Of a stretch of 64,000 bases of DNA, positions 50,946 to 64,000 are shown piece after piece. Position numbers and translations under genes: made by a program. The notes under the pieces are model-generated. The model had not been told where the DNA came from. It worked only from the letters and a program-made list of their open reading frames with translations, and made no database searches. Numbering within the stretch: the first letter of the stretch is position 1; each line of letters opens with the position of its first letter. This DNA comes from Eledone cirrhosa (lineage: Eukaryota): assembly GCA_964016885.1 (NCBI GenBank), contig OZ024758.1:17236001-17300000 (forward strand), in the 5' to 3' direction.

Positions 50946-51883
50946 GATGAAACAATATCTTCACATCCAAATTAATCATATTATATACACAAAATCGATA
51001 AAAATAAAATTATCGAACCATCTTTCCAATTTTAAATAGATTAAAGTATATATCTAAATTGATTAAATATATAATAGCAATATCTGTAATTTAATATACA
51101 CTGTAAAGTAGTTGTGTAGGTGTCACGGCAAAAAGAAGTACCCAGTCCACACTGTAAAGTGATTGTATAGGTGTCATGGCAAAAAGAACTCGGTCCACAC
51201 TTTACACCATGTACTAGCTGCGTTTTATCATGTAAATCCCTAACACTAAGGAGGCCATCATGACCCTTTCACAATTTGTTTGGTAAACCTTCTAGGACTG
51301 GATGTCCTTGCTGCGTGTTATCATGTAGATCACCAACACTAGTAAGGCCCTCATGTCCCTAACACAACTAAAGGATCCTCCCAATCCTTTGTTTTCAGAA
51401 TTCGCTGGATTTGCATGTAAAAGATTTCACTATATTTTGGTATCGAATTGTATTAGTTAAATATTCATAAAATATTTAATGCTAAAATGAATAAGAAAGC
51501 AAAGGTTAATGAAGTAGTTTTAAAATCAAAAACATCTAAGATGAAATTCTTCCCATCTCCTGTGCAATGGTAATATGTTGGCTAAAAAACACAACACAAA
51601 ACGAGATTGACCAAAGATTTAACGGCTTTTACTCAAGTAATGTAAATCTTCCATCATTGTCAAAGTCAGTGTGGCTTAATATATCATTTGTCCTTAATAT
51701 CTCAGTTGATAAAATTTATCCAATAAGATTTGCTGAATGACACAAAAATATGACCTGCTTTTCACCTGTCTCAATCAGAATAATATAAGATTATGGTAAG
51801 TGAAATGATTTGTAATATAGGAATTGGTTTTTCTGGTTCTAAGTTCAAAACCAGTTCAGTATCACATAAACTTTAGTTCTTAT

Positions 51884-52112
51884 TTAACCCTTTAGCATTT
51901 AAACCGGCCATATCCGGCCAGAATTCTCTCACCTCTTTCTTTTTAAACCAGCTGTAACCAGTCGCTCATACTGATTTTAAGGTATTGTCCTCGAAATAAA
52001 TGGCATCGAAATCTCGTAGATTCGATGTTATGTGAGATAATTATGTAAGATAAAGCCTTTACCACGAAAATATAATAGTATATATAGAGTAATGTAAATG
52101 CTAAAGGATTAA
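51884..52112. mobile_element. piggyBac-type MITE
   Basis: TTAA-CCCTTTAGCATTTA..TAAATGCTAAAGGA-TTAA. Confidence 0.85.
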
Positions 52113-52354
52113 TAAGGACTCTTTAGGCTTGCTGAAGACATAACACCCTCTGTAGCACTGGTGCCGCAATAAAAAAAACAATCTGTACAATTTGTAAAGT
52201 GGTTGATGTAAGAGAAGACACCCATAGAAACCATGCCAAAAGTGGTAGATATAACCATGACGAGATCTTTTGACCCATTTGAAACCCTATAAGAACTGGT
52301 TCAGATTGTATTAATTCATCTAAGTGATGCCAATGAGAAAACTGTGCAAAATAA

Positions 52355-52895
52355 TAGTTTCTACTTTTGGCACAAGGCCAGCAATTACTCAGTGTATTAC
52401 TGGTACTTATTTAAAACTGTGCAAAATAATGATGAATATGATGGTAATAATGAATTCTACTTTAGGCACAAGGACAGCAATCAACCAGTGCATTACTGGT
52501 ACTTTATTTTATCGACCCAGTAAGGATGAAAGACAAAGTTAACCTCAGCGGGATTTGAACTCGGATCATAAAGGGACGTAACTATGCTCCAAAGCATGGT
52601 GTCTTACTCTCTACCGATACTGCCAATCCACCGCCCTTGCCAATCCACCATTTCTACTTTTGGCACAAGGCACTGGTGCATTATTTTACTGATCCCATAG
52701 AGTTACGGCCCTTGCCATTCTGAGTTCAAATCCCGCCGAGGTTAACTTTGCCTTTCATCCTTATGGGGTCGATAAAATAAAGTACCAGTAATGTACTGGA
52801 TAATTGCTGGCCTTGTGCCAAAAGTAGAAACAATTATTTTACTGATCCCGTAAGGATGAAAGTCAAAGTTAACCTTGGCAGGATCAGAACTCACT
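52355..52895. mobile_element. Cluster of SINE family A copies and fragments in both orientations
   Basis: Repeated TTCTACTTT.GGCACAAGG tails and B boxes on both strands. Confidence 0.8.
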
Positions 52896-54033
52896 TGGTG
52901 ATGATGCTGAGGAGGAAGAGAAGTAGGGAGAAGAATTTATAACTGAAGAACTCTATTAGAGATAGCTTCCTTTCTGTTTATTTTTCACTCCGTTCTAAAT
53001 TTACACACCAACATCCATATGCATACTAAGTAATACAGAAGACTCGACTTTCCCCGGATACAAGCTGAAGCATATAGACAGTATGCCCCCCGTCTCTCAC
53101 TGTAAAGTGGGTGTATAAGTGTCACGACAAGAAAGCACTCAGTTCACACTGTAGAGTGGTCATGTAGGTGCCACGACCAAAAAGTACCCAGTCCACACTG
53201 CAAATGAAGTTGGTGTTAGGAAGGGCCTCCAGCTGTAGAAATCAAGCCAAAATCAGTTCTGTATGAGCAAGACATGGTTATCTGACCTGGCATTGCCCAC
53301 AACAGGACAACCTGTCTAACCCATGCTAGCAGGGAAGAATGGACGTAATATGATGATGATGATGATGATGATACACATAGATTCATATATGTAATGCTGT
53401 ACTGCTTATATGTATTTGGAGATACCTGTATCACCGAATCCATAACTCTTTGATTGCATATTTCCTTTATGAATGATATCACATTAGATGTTTGATTACT
53501 TCTTGATGGGGGTCTATTTACTTTGTTATATGAACTGTAGTGTAAATCAGGGTTTTGTTACATCTTACTCATTCTTTAGTACATAACCATTCTTCCATTT
53601 TAAGTGTAGAGATTCCTATGAAGATGACAACATACTTCACGTTTCAGTAATTTTTCCTAAACAGGGAACAACTACATGCAACATAGAACCATCTTATCCA
53701 ATATGCAGCACTTCTTCAAATATAATCTTTTATATCTTCTACGGGTATCAGAAAAACCTTGTTTTATGTGACAACACAAAATACATATATCATGATACAC
53801 TTGCAAAACATTACATCTCCTGTTTTCATGAACAAACAATATATAACTAAAACCTGTACAAATTTCACAAATTCAAGGCTTCATAATCTCAAAGCGATGT
53901 ACATTTTAACCACACATCAATTACAAGAACCAATAAAAGCTCTCCATAGTCTCACAGTCTGCAAGAAATAGTAGCTACCCCATCAAATCAAACCACAGAA
54001 TGCCAAAGGTTACACAGCTTGCAGGTTTTCAAG

Positions 54034-54391
54034 TTAACCCATTAACATTTACATTACTCTATATATACTGTTGTATTTTGTGGTAAAGACTTTATCTTAC
54101 ATAATTATCTCACATAATATCGTATCTATGAGCTTTTGATGTTATTTATTTTGAGAACAATACTTTAACTCTTTAGCATTTAAACCGGCCATATCCGACC
54201 AGAATTCTCTCACCCACTTTCTGTTCAAACCTGCTGCAACCAGCTGTAGCTAGCCACTCATACAGATGTTAAGGTATTGTTCTCAAAAGAAATAATATCA
54301 AAATCTCATAGATACGATATTATGTGAGATAAAGCCTTTACTGCGAAAATACAATAGTATATAGAGATTAATGTAAATACTAAAGGGTTAA
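54034..54391. mobile_element. piggyBac-type MITE composite (half copy plus full copy in opposite orientation)
   Basis: TTAA termini at 54034, ~54165 and 54391; 54040-54160 is an inverted homolog of 54270-54390. Confidence 0.75.
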
Positions 54392-55071
54392 AGAAATATC
54401 AAAGCTTATGAAATTGGTGTTACTTTTGGGAATTATTCTGAAGTCTGTCTTAAGCCAGAAAGCTTGTTAGGCCAGTGCTTATCCTAATCTCATGCCATGA
54501 AGCAACTGAAAGTACAAGACTTCCCCCTGGACTGGAAACCAGTCCATCACAGGATTGAACCCCTAGTTATTACTGGTGCACATTTTCAGCTGAGTATACT
54601 GGAGCAACATGAAATGTAGTGTTTTGCTCAAGAACACAACACACAACTTAGTCCAGGAATCGAACCCATGACATTATGATTGCAAGTCCAACACCCTTAC
54701 CACTAGGCCACATTTTAGTAGATATAGTTCAATGTGTTCTTTCCTTATATTAAAGAAGGATCAAAGCTTATGAAATAGGTGTCACAATGAATAGAAAACA
54801 AACATTTGTGAAATAACTTTAAAATATTTAATAACATTTAAATATCTATTGGAAAAGTCAAAAGACATGAAGAGAGTTATGAAAGTACTTTCATTCGCTA
54901 TTCTACACATGGAAAATATTTCCTCTGTAATTTCGTAAACATTATAACTGCTACAGTCAGCATAAGTTAGACTATTGGATTAAAAGTAACACAAAAGATT
55001 ATCTAAGTTTAAATATTGAATTGGAATAAAAGGAGAGGAAGCTATCACAGTGAATGAATGAGGTGTATATT

Positions 55072-55189
<118 letters not shown>

Positions 55190-55379
55190 GATGCAAATAG
55201 AGAAAATATGCAAGAGAGAGAGAGAGAGGGAGGGAGGGAGAGAGAGAGAGAGAACATTAACCCACGCTAGTGTGGAAAACTGGATGTTAAAGAGTGTTGA
55301 TGATGATGAGAGAGCTGTTCCTATACTGAAATATTATAAAATGTATTTTTAAAGCTGATCATCAGATTGATTAGTTTTG

Positions 55380-56290
55380 CATGTAAAATCTGTCCAGTGA
55401 TTCTTTCCTGAGACATTCTAACCACAGGTCTATAGTATCAGAGCTGTGCTCTTTCAATTCAGAGAAGTAGCAGCTCTACCTGAAGTAACTCTCTGATCTC
55501 CGAGCTACGAATCTGTCCAACGATTCTTTCCTGAGACATTCTAACCACATGTCTATAGTATCAGAGCTGTGCTCTTTCAATTCAGAGAAGTAGCAACTCT
55601 ACCTGAAATGACTCTCTGATCTCCAAGCTACAAATCTATCCAGTGATTCTTTCCTGGGACTTTCTAACCACATGTCCATAGTATCGAAGCTGTGGTCTCT
55701 CAATTCGGAGATGTATCAGCTCTACATGGAGAGACTCTCTAATCTCTGAGCTACAAATCTATCCAGTGATTCTTTCCCGAGACTTTCTAACCACATGTCC
55801 ATAGTATCGAAGCTGTGATCTCTCAATTCGGAGAAGTATCAGCTCTACATGGAGAGACTCTCTGATCTCTGAGCTACAAATCTGTCCAGTGATTCTTTCT
55901 TGAGACATTCTAACCACATGTCCATAGTATCGAAGCTGTGGTCTCTCAATTCGGAGAAGTATCAGCTCTACATGGAGAGACTCTCTGATCTCTGAGCTAC
56001 AAATCTATCCAGTGATTCTTTCCTGAGACTTTCTAACCACATGTCCATAGTATTGGAGCTGTGATCTTTCAAATGCGACTCTACCTGAAGTGACTCTCTG
56101 ATCTTTGAGCTACACATTTTATCAAGTAACGTTATTCCAAAGCCCCTTCAAAGGAATCCAATTTCGACCGCTTGTATTCGTGTTTGTATTCTTTCAGTCA
56201 TCACCCAAGATTCATGACCATAAGTAAGGGTTGGCACAACAACCGAATTGAAGATAGCGAGCAACTTTCCCAATTTGCAGTTTGTAGACT
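55380..56290 (-). pseudogene. RTE (Expander/Rex3-like) fragment with ~6 tandem 123-bp units
   Basis: IFNSVVVPTLTYGHESWVMTERIQTRIQAVEIGFL followed by 41-codon repeats; period 55388, 55511, 55634; in-frame stops. Confidence 0.85.
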
Positions 56291-56752
56291 GATCATGAAA
56301 GCTTGCGATCTTATAGTTAAAAATAATTCCCTCTTTATCCTTTTCTACCTATTTTTCTTTTCATGTTTTGATATTAGTTAATAGTGTTTCTTCATCAAAA
56401 CATCTTATATATGCCACCTCATTAGTTTTGGCAACTCCTTCTTTTATACTTGATTTCTATTACAATGCTATAATAGAAACAATAGCAATTATAACATCAA
56501 GAACATAAATAGTATGAAGATATAAAAGAAATCATATAACAAGGTAATATACTTTGAGGCTAAAAGAAAAAGAAAAACGAAGTACTAGAATGAAAAGGAG
56601 TCAATCAGAAAACAAAAGTTTATTTAACTCTTTCGTTACTATATTTCTTATGAAAGACATTGCCTATGTTTTTTATCAATGACTTTGAAACAAAAGTTCT
56701 TTCATGCAAATAAAAGGATTTTAGATTAAATATCTAGAATTTAAAATTAACA

Positions 56753-57410
56753 CAGCTTGGAGATCAGAGAGTCACTTCAGGTAGAGCCACTATTTCTAAA
56801 AATTGGGAGATCACAGCTCCAATACTATGGGCATGTGGTTAGAATGTCTCAGGAAAGAATTGTTGGACAGATTTGTAGATTGGAGATCAGAGAGTCATTT
56901 CAGGTAGAGCTGCTATTTCTATGAATTGAGAGATCACAGCTCAGATACTATGGGCATGTGATTAGAATGTCTCAGGAAAGAATTGCTGGACAGGTTTGTA
57001 GATTGGAGATCAGAGAGTGACTTCAGGTAGAGCTGCTACTTCTCTGAATTGAGAGATCACAACTCTGATACTATGGACATGTGGTTAGCATGTCTCAGAA
57101 AAGGGACAGATTTGTAGTTCCAAGAGTCACTCCAGGTAGAGCTGCTCTTCTCCAAAACTGAGAGGTCAAGGCTCCAATAAGAAAAAAATTGCTGGATAGA
57201 TTTTACAGGCAAAACCAACCAGCAGGAGATCCAGGAGTAGACCCTGAGCAAGATGGTTAGATAACATCCATGAGCTTGGCTGGTCATGCTTAGGGATCAA
57301 GCCAGATCAGGTGGAGATGGTTGCTCTGACAGGACCCGCTGGAAGGAGTATTTGTGGACTCTGCCCCCACGACACTCTCAGGAATAAGTAGGCAAAGAAG
57401 AAGATGAAGC
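56753..57410 (+). pseudogene. Same RTE family 3' end with ~3.5 123-bp units and a GAA-rich tail
   Basis: Repeats are followed by AKPTSRRSRSRP*ARWLDNIHELGWSCLGI..LPPRHSQE* and GAAGAAGATGAAG. Another fragment lies at ~19935-20100. Confidence 0.8.
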
Positions 57411-57809
57411 TTAGTATTGTAGAACCAAAGGGTCCCCTCTACGTAATGTTGTCTCATTATGTTTGTCAAACATTTTACAGGGTGATATTAGATGTTTTCT
57501 ATTGTGGCACCTACACTAAATAGATTGTCCCATCTACTGCAGGTTAAGCTTAATGGGACTTTCCCACTCCATGTAGTCAGCAATCTCTCCCTACATTTAC
57601 TTTATACAGCAAAATCAGTCGTGAAACACATAAAAATGGACATGTATTGACACACCTAAACATAGCATCCATAACTTATTAAAATATGGCATGAGTAATG
57701 TATCAGATCAATAGGTCACACTGAATAAAATACCGAAACAGTTATATGTCTGCTTGGCTCTCAGTTTACTATGATGATTCAGAAATACCAGCAAGAACAA
57801 CTGTGACTA

Positions 57810-57955
57810 CAATGATAATGATAATAACAATGATAATAACAATAATAATAATAATAATAATAATAATAGTGATAATAATAATAATAATAATAATGGTGAT
57901 AATAATAATAATAAAAATAATAGTGAAAATAATAATAATAAAAATAATAATAGTC
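57810..57955. repeat. (AAT)n microsatellite
   Basis: Direct reading. Confidence 0.95.
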
Positions 57956-58618
57956 TTCAACTAAGACAGACAGTTCAGACTCTAGGCACCAAAACACATC
58001 AAAGGTTACTAAAAAGACTTCAGTTTTACCACCTCACAAGAATACGTATAGAAAAATTCAAATTCCATTACCATACAAAAATATAAGGGAATCTCTAGTA
58101 AATAAACATAAGTAAATAAATAAATATAGCAGTGATGAATAAATATATCAATCGCAGAAAGGGCATTGCATTATCTATTAATAAACTGCAGCTTACAACA
58201 CCCTGTTTAGCATCGAAGTAAACAGAATCAAACAAAACTCTGTCAATAACTTTAGCAGATCAAACCACAAAGCAAGAAGTTATGAAAGAAGGAAAAACAA
58301 AACAAAACTGATGAGAAAGAAACCCAAAGAGACCAAAGTACCAAAGAGAACAGCATGCCTAGAGGCATGCATGCAATATATTAACAAGATCAAATGTATT
58401 CCCTCTCCCCACCAATGTAAAACAAAAAAGTGGGGGTATAATAAAAAAAAACAAAAAAACACAATAATTTATAGAAAAGAATCTGCAAACAGAAAGACCC
58501 AAATGCATAAATAGTGATGTTCAACTAAAATTAATCACGTTCCAAAAGTAACAATAGAGGGAAGAAGGAAGGAAAAAAAAATCTAAATATTTTAAACACT
58601 GCAACATTATAAACAAAA

Positions 58619-59662
58619 TGGTGGTGGTATGATGGTGGTGTTGGTGGTAGTGATGGTGGTGGTGGTGTTGGCGGTAGTGATAGTGGTGGTGTCGGTGGTG
58701 TCGGTGGTAGTGATGGTGGTGGTGTCGGTGGTAGTGATGGTGGTGGTGGTGTCGGTGGTAGTGATGGTGGTGGTGGTGGCGGTGGTGTTGGTGGTTGTGT
58801 TGGTGGCAGTGGTGGTGGTATGATAGTGGTGGTATGATAGTGGTGGTGGTGTCGGTGGTAGTGATGGTGGTGGTGTCGGTGGTAGTGATGGAGGTGTCGG
58901 TGGTAGTGATGGTGGTGGTGTCGGTGGTGGTGTCGGTGGTAGTGATGGTGGTGGTTGTGTTGGTGGCGGTGGTGGTGGTGGTGGTGGTGGTGGTATGATG
59001 GTAATAGGTGGTGGTGTTGGTGATGGTGATATTGGTGTTGGTGGTGGTGGTATGATGGTAATAGGTGGTGGTGTTGGTGATGGTGATATTGGTGGTGGTG
59101 TTGATGTTGGTGGTGGTGGTGTTAGGGATGTTGGTGTTGGTGGTAGTGGTGTTGGTGTTAGTGGTGATGGGGGTGCTGGTGGTAGTGCTGGTGGTTGTGT
59201 TAGTGGTTATGTTGGTGGTGGTGGTGGTGTTGGTGGTTGTGTTGGTGGTTGTGTTGGTGGTGGTGGTAGTGGTAGTAGTGGGTGGTGTTGGTGATAGTGG
59301 TGGTGGTGGTGTTAGTGATGTTGGTGGTGATAGTGGTGGTGGTGGTCAGTGGTGATGGGGAAATATGAGAAAAATATGACTGATCTAAATTATTAACAGA
59401 CACACACACACGCACACACATACACGCATACATATACACACAGACATAGAGACACACACACACACACACAGACACAAACACATACATACAGATAAACACA
59501 CACAGACACACAAAGACAGACACAAGCATACACACATACACATGCATACATACACGTAGACATATATATACACACACATATATATATAGACAGACAGACA
59601 CATATACACATACACACACGGGCACCCATACACACACATACCCACAGACACACATACACACT
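58619..59662. repeat. (GGT)n-like tract followed by a (CA)n-like tract
   Basis: Direct reading. Confidence 0.95.
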
Positions 59663-60310
59663 ATTCAGTAAATAGACTGTTGAATATGACAGGTAGAGAT
59701 TTACATTAAAAAAAACAGTTTGTTTTTCATTTTCTTCTCTATATCTCTTTTAAAGTCTAAGCTCTTAAAAATGTTGATCATGAAAGCTGTTAAGTTATCA
59801 TGCCTGCTGATAAAAAAACATGAAATATTTTTTCAAACCAGAATTTCTACTAACAACAACAAATTTAGTCTTTCTAGTCATTCTAAGGTCATGTGTAAAA
59901 TTGTATATCTTTCTGCAAGAGGTAAGTAAGGTAAGGAAGATCTGGCTGTATGGGGAACGTAGAGGAAAGGACTATGGAAGCGATACATGAGGGGTAAAAG
60001 GAAGGGAACAACAAGGACTTTAGGGTCACAGGAGGAGGGATAAGGAAGGGGATTGAAGAGCTTGAAGATATATACATTATGTACCGTATATAAACACTAT
60101 ATATGTTGATGTCCAAGGGAAAGGGAAAGGCAATGGCTGATACAGCTTGGCACCAGTGACGTTGTAACTCATTTCTACAGCTGAGTAAACTGGAGCAATG
60201 TAAAATAAAGTGTCTTGCTCAAGGACATAATGCAAAGCTCGGTCAAGGAATTAAACTCACAACCTCCCGATTGCAAGCCCAATGCTCTAACCATGAAGTC
60301 ATGTGCCTTC

Positions 60311-61192
60311 ACAGCTACAAAACACTACACTACACATAGTTCTGTGGTTCTACTAACACAAACACAGCTACATAACACTACACTACATAGTTTTGTGGTT
60401 CTACTAACACAAACACAGCTACAAAACACTACACATAGTTTTGTGGTTCTACTAACACAAACACAGCTACAAAACACTACACTACACATAGTTTTGTGGT
60501 TCTACTAACACAAACACAGCTACAAAACACTACACTACACATAGTTCTGTGGTTCTACTAACACAAACACAGCTACAAAACACTACACTACACATAGTTC
60601 TGTGGTTCTACTAACACAAACACAGCTACAAAACACTACACTACACATAGTTTTGTGGTTCTACTAACACAAACACAGCTACAAAACACTACACTACACA
60701 TAGTCTTGTGGTTCTACTAACACAAACACAGCTACAAAACACTACACTACACATAGTCTTGTGGTTCTACTAACACAAACACAGCTAAATAACACTACAC
60801 ATAGTTCTGTGGTTCTACTAACACAAACACAGCTAAATAACACTACACATGGTTCTGTGGTTCTACTAACACAAACACAGCTATATAACACTACACATAG
60901 TTTTGTGGTTCTACTAACACAAACACAGCTACAAAACACTGCACTACACATAGTTTTGTGGTTCTACTAACACAAACACAGCTACATAACACTACACTAC
61001 ATAGTCTTGTGGTTCTACTAACACAAACACAGCTACAAAACACTACACTACACATAGTCTTGTGGTTCTACTAACACAAACACAGCTACAAAACACTACA
61101 CTACACCTAGTTTTGTGGTTCTACTAACACAAACACAGCTACAAAACTACACATAGTTCTGTGGCTTTACTAATAAAAAACACAGCTACAAC
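60311..61192. repeat. 48/53-bp minisatellite (~17 copies)
   Basis: Unit ACAGCTACAAAACACTACACTACACATAGTT(T/C)TGTGGTTCTACTAACACAAAC; some units lack one CTACA. Confidence 0.95.
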
Positions 61193-61315
61193 AAAATTGC
61201 AATTAACTATGATTTTCATACTCAATACAATTAGAAAGAAATTGCATAAAAATTATCAAAGTACAACACATTAAACTAACCTCAGTAAAGTTAAGCAATG
61301 ATACACACAAACATA

Positions 61316-61922
61316 CTTTTGGGACAAGGTCAGTAATTAACCCGGTGTATTACTGGTATTCTATTTTATCAAACCCGTAAGGATGAAAGGCAACGTTAAC
61401 CTCTGCGGGATTTGAACTCAGACCATAAAGGGCCGTGACTATATGCTGCAAAACATGGGATCCGACCCTCTACTGATACTGCCAATCCACCGGCCAGAAT
61501 AATGTAAATGCCAAAGGGTTAAGCTGATAAGGGAGTGCATTAGCAGTAATGGTAGAGCATTGGACATTATGCTTTGCAGCATAGAGACACACACACTACA
61601 TTACGTTCGGAGTTCAAATCCTGCCGAGGTTAACTTTGCCTTTCATACTTACAAGATTGATAAAATAAAGTACAAGTATTGCAGTGGTGTAGATTTAATC
61701 GATGTTCCCGTCCCTAATGTTGTTGGTGTTGTGCCTAAATCAAAAACAAGGCCAAAAGCACAATCACCCTCTCCCTGCATACTGATGTTATGGTATTGTT
61801 CTCAAAATTAGCAACATCAAAATCTCATAGATTCAATATTATGTGTGATAATTATGTGAGGTGAAGCCTTTACCACAAAATACGATAGTATATACAGAGT
61901 AATGTAAATGCTAAAGGGTTAA
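61316..61922. mobile_element. SINE A (-), SINE A (+) and piggyBac-type MITE fragments
   Basis: Reverse B box near 61410, forward B box near 61610; MITE end TAAATGCTAAAGGGTTAA at 61922. Confidence 0.75.
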
Positions 61923-62059
61923 ACTGATATTTGGAACATTATTTAACAAAAGATTGTTATATAAAATTATGTTAGAAGGTTTTGATATAAACATGAACAC
62001 TTTAAAATGGGCAGTTTTATATTCTAAAACCAAACATGGTTTCAGAATGGTTGGTAACA

Positions 62060-62398
62060 CTTCTTCTTATTCTTCGGTCAAGTTTACACTCACAAAGATT
62101 CAACACACTTTCTCCAATCGTCCTGGGCGAGTATGATATTTCTCAGTTCATCGATGTTATCAATAGTGTTGGCATCTCTCCGAAGGGTATCAATGAATGA
62201 GACGGCTTGTCTTCCCACGCTTCTTCATCCAACCGCCGGTTTCTAGAGCACAAGTTGTGATGCTATCTCTTCTGGATGACCGATGCAGTGCCCAGCGAGT
62301 TTCATTCGTCTGAAGGCAACTTTTTTTAAGACTGGTGGTAGTGATCTGTAGAGTTCCTTATTTGTTTTCAAGCTTCTGTTTCCAAGTAATGTTGGCAA
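62060..62398 (-). pseudogene. Degenerate RTE-type LINE 3' end
   Basis: NKELYRSLPPV..RRMKLAGHC..HPEEIASQLVL..GRQAVSFIDTLRRD..WRKCV, same type as 19325-19700; GAA-rich tail. Confidence 0.75.
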
Positions 62399-63122
62399 CA
62401 AGAAGGTTAAACCGATCTTCTAACAATGATTTTAACAAGAAATTTATAAATGAAGAACTCCATGCTGAATGCATATACATAAAAACATGCATTTATAGTA
62501 AGATGTTCATTATATTTGCTTACCAAACATCCTCACATGCACCTTGATTAACAATAATGGGAAAACATGCATAATGTTTTGATTTTTCTTTCTAAATTTT
62601 CTAATATATCAACATAAAAATAAAAGCTTCCTGATATAATGTAATTGTTCTGATTATATAATTGTAGTTGAAATTGTGTTATGAAATGTGAATAAGTTGC
62701 TTTGTTTCTTTTTCTTTCTAACTTCCTTCATCTAAATATTTATCTACTACATGCCATTTGCTTGTTGAATATATGTACGATTATAAATAAATTAATAAAT
62801 TAATTAATAAAAAATGTACTCTGTTAATATCAGATTGTGTTGACTACACAAAAATGATTATGAAATAAATGGCACCAAGAATAAATAAATCTGACATTGC
62901 AAATCTTTACCTAATTAAATAATGCAAACTTCTATGTTTATTGTGATTTTAGTTGGTTTTTTTTAATGCAATTATAATCCTAACGTTTGAAACTATTATA
63001 ACAGTAATTGCTCGCCTAAAGGAACTTAACAATTGCGATCTTCAAAAAAGGTGGGATTCTTCAAATTGTGAAATAGTGTCAAAAGCATTAATCTGTTCCT
63101 TAGCATAAATCTAATGAAAATA

Positions 63123-63878
63123 CTTGTTTCTACTTTAGGCACAAGGCCAGCAATTACCCAGTGCATTACTGGTACTTTATTTTATCGACCCCATAAGGAT
63201 GAAAGGCAAAGTCAACCTCGGCGGGATTTGAACTCAGATCGTAAAGGGACGTAACTATGCTTGAAAGCATGGCGTCCGACCCTCTACCGATACTGCCAAT
63301 GAAAATACTGCCTATGATTTTAAATAATTTCGAATACAATAAAGAAATTTGCAAGGCATTAGTGATATAATAAATTTGTTTCATTAAATTGGCAATATCG
63401 GTAGAAGGTCGAATGCCATGCTTTGCAGCCCCTTATGGTCTGAGTCCAAATCCCACTGAGATTACGGACACTTATGGTCTGAGTTCAAATCTTGCCGAGA
63501 TTACCGTCCCTTATGGTCTGAGTTCAAATCCCGCTGAGATTAACTTTGCCTTTCATCCTTATTAGGTCGATAAAATAAAGTACCAGTAATGCACTGGGAT
63601 AATTGCTGGCCTTGTGCCAAAAGTAGAAACAATTTTTATTATCATTATTGTAAGGGCGGTGGATTGGCAGTATCGATTGAGTATCGGACACCATGCTTTG
63701 TGGCATTGAGTAACGATCCTTTATGTTCTGAGTTCAAGTCCCATCGAGGTGAGCTTTGCCTTTCAACTTTACAGGGGGGTCGATAAAATAAAGTAACAGT
63801 AACGAACTCGGGTCAATTTAATTGACTTTCCCCTCCTCCAAAATATTGCTGGCCTTGTGCCTAAAGTAGAAACAATTA
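63123..63878. mobile_element. Three SINE family A copies (-, +, +); the middle one has a triplicated B-box segment
   Basis: CTTATGGTCTGAGTTCAAATC-like segment three times at 63432-63540; conserved bodies and tails. Confidence 0.85.
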
Positions 63879-64000
63879 TTAAGGTAGTGTATGGAACATA
63901 ACTAAATATACATTCTTACATTAAACTATGATGGAAGGATTTTATACAGATATAAACACATTAAAATATATAATCCCCTAATATAAAAACCAGAAGCAGT

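Noticed and set aside
58629-59661. Val/Gly-rich and Cys/Val-rich ORFs
   Set aside because: Translations of (GGT)n and (CA)n tracts.

Overview
AT-rich, repeat-saturated eukaryotic DNA with no recognisable host protein-coding gene. The repeat content (tRNA-derived SINEs, RTE/CR1/R4-like LINEs, very abundant (TA)n, (CAT)n, (CAC)n) suggests an octopod cephalopod genome; this is an inference. The main element is an apparently intact ~5.15-kb RTE-clade LINE on the minus strand (~31852-37004). It has a single APE-endonuclease/reverse-transcriptase ORF with a C4HC3 PHD-type zinc finger inserted inside the RT region, a 5' UTR of tandem monomers and a (TGA)n tail. Its 3' end recurs in more than 15 short copies and in a tRNA-CORE SINE, so a SINE/LINE pair is visible in one window. 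Also present are a disabled DD37D (maT) Tc1/mariner transposon with TIRs, piggyBac/hAT/pogo-type MITEs, fragments of other LINE clades, and minisatellites that appear to derive from transposon parts. Several (TA)n-flanked fold-back elements occur, and three carry hammerhead-ribozyme core motifs with pairable stems (Penelope/retrozyme-like). Most ORFs in the supplied track are microsatellite artefacts. All calls were made by eye and the boundaries of degenerate repeats are approximate.
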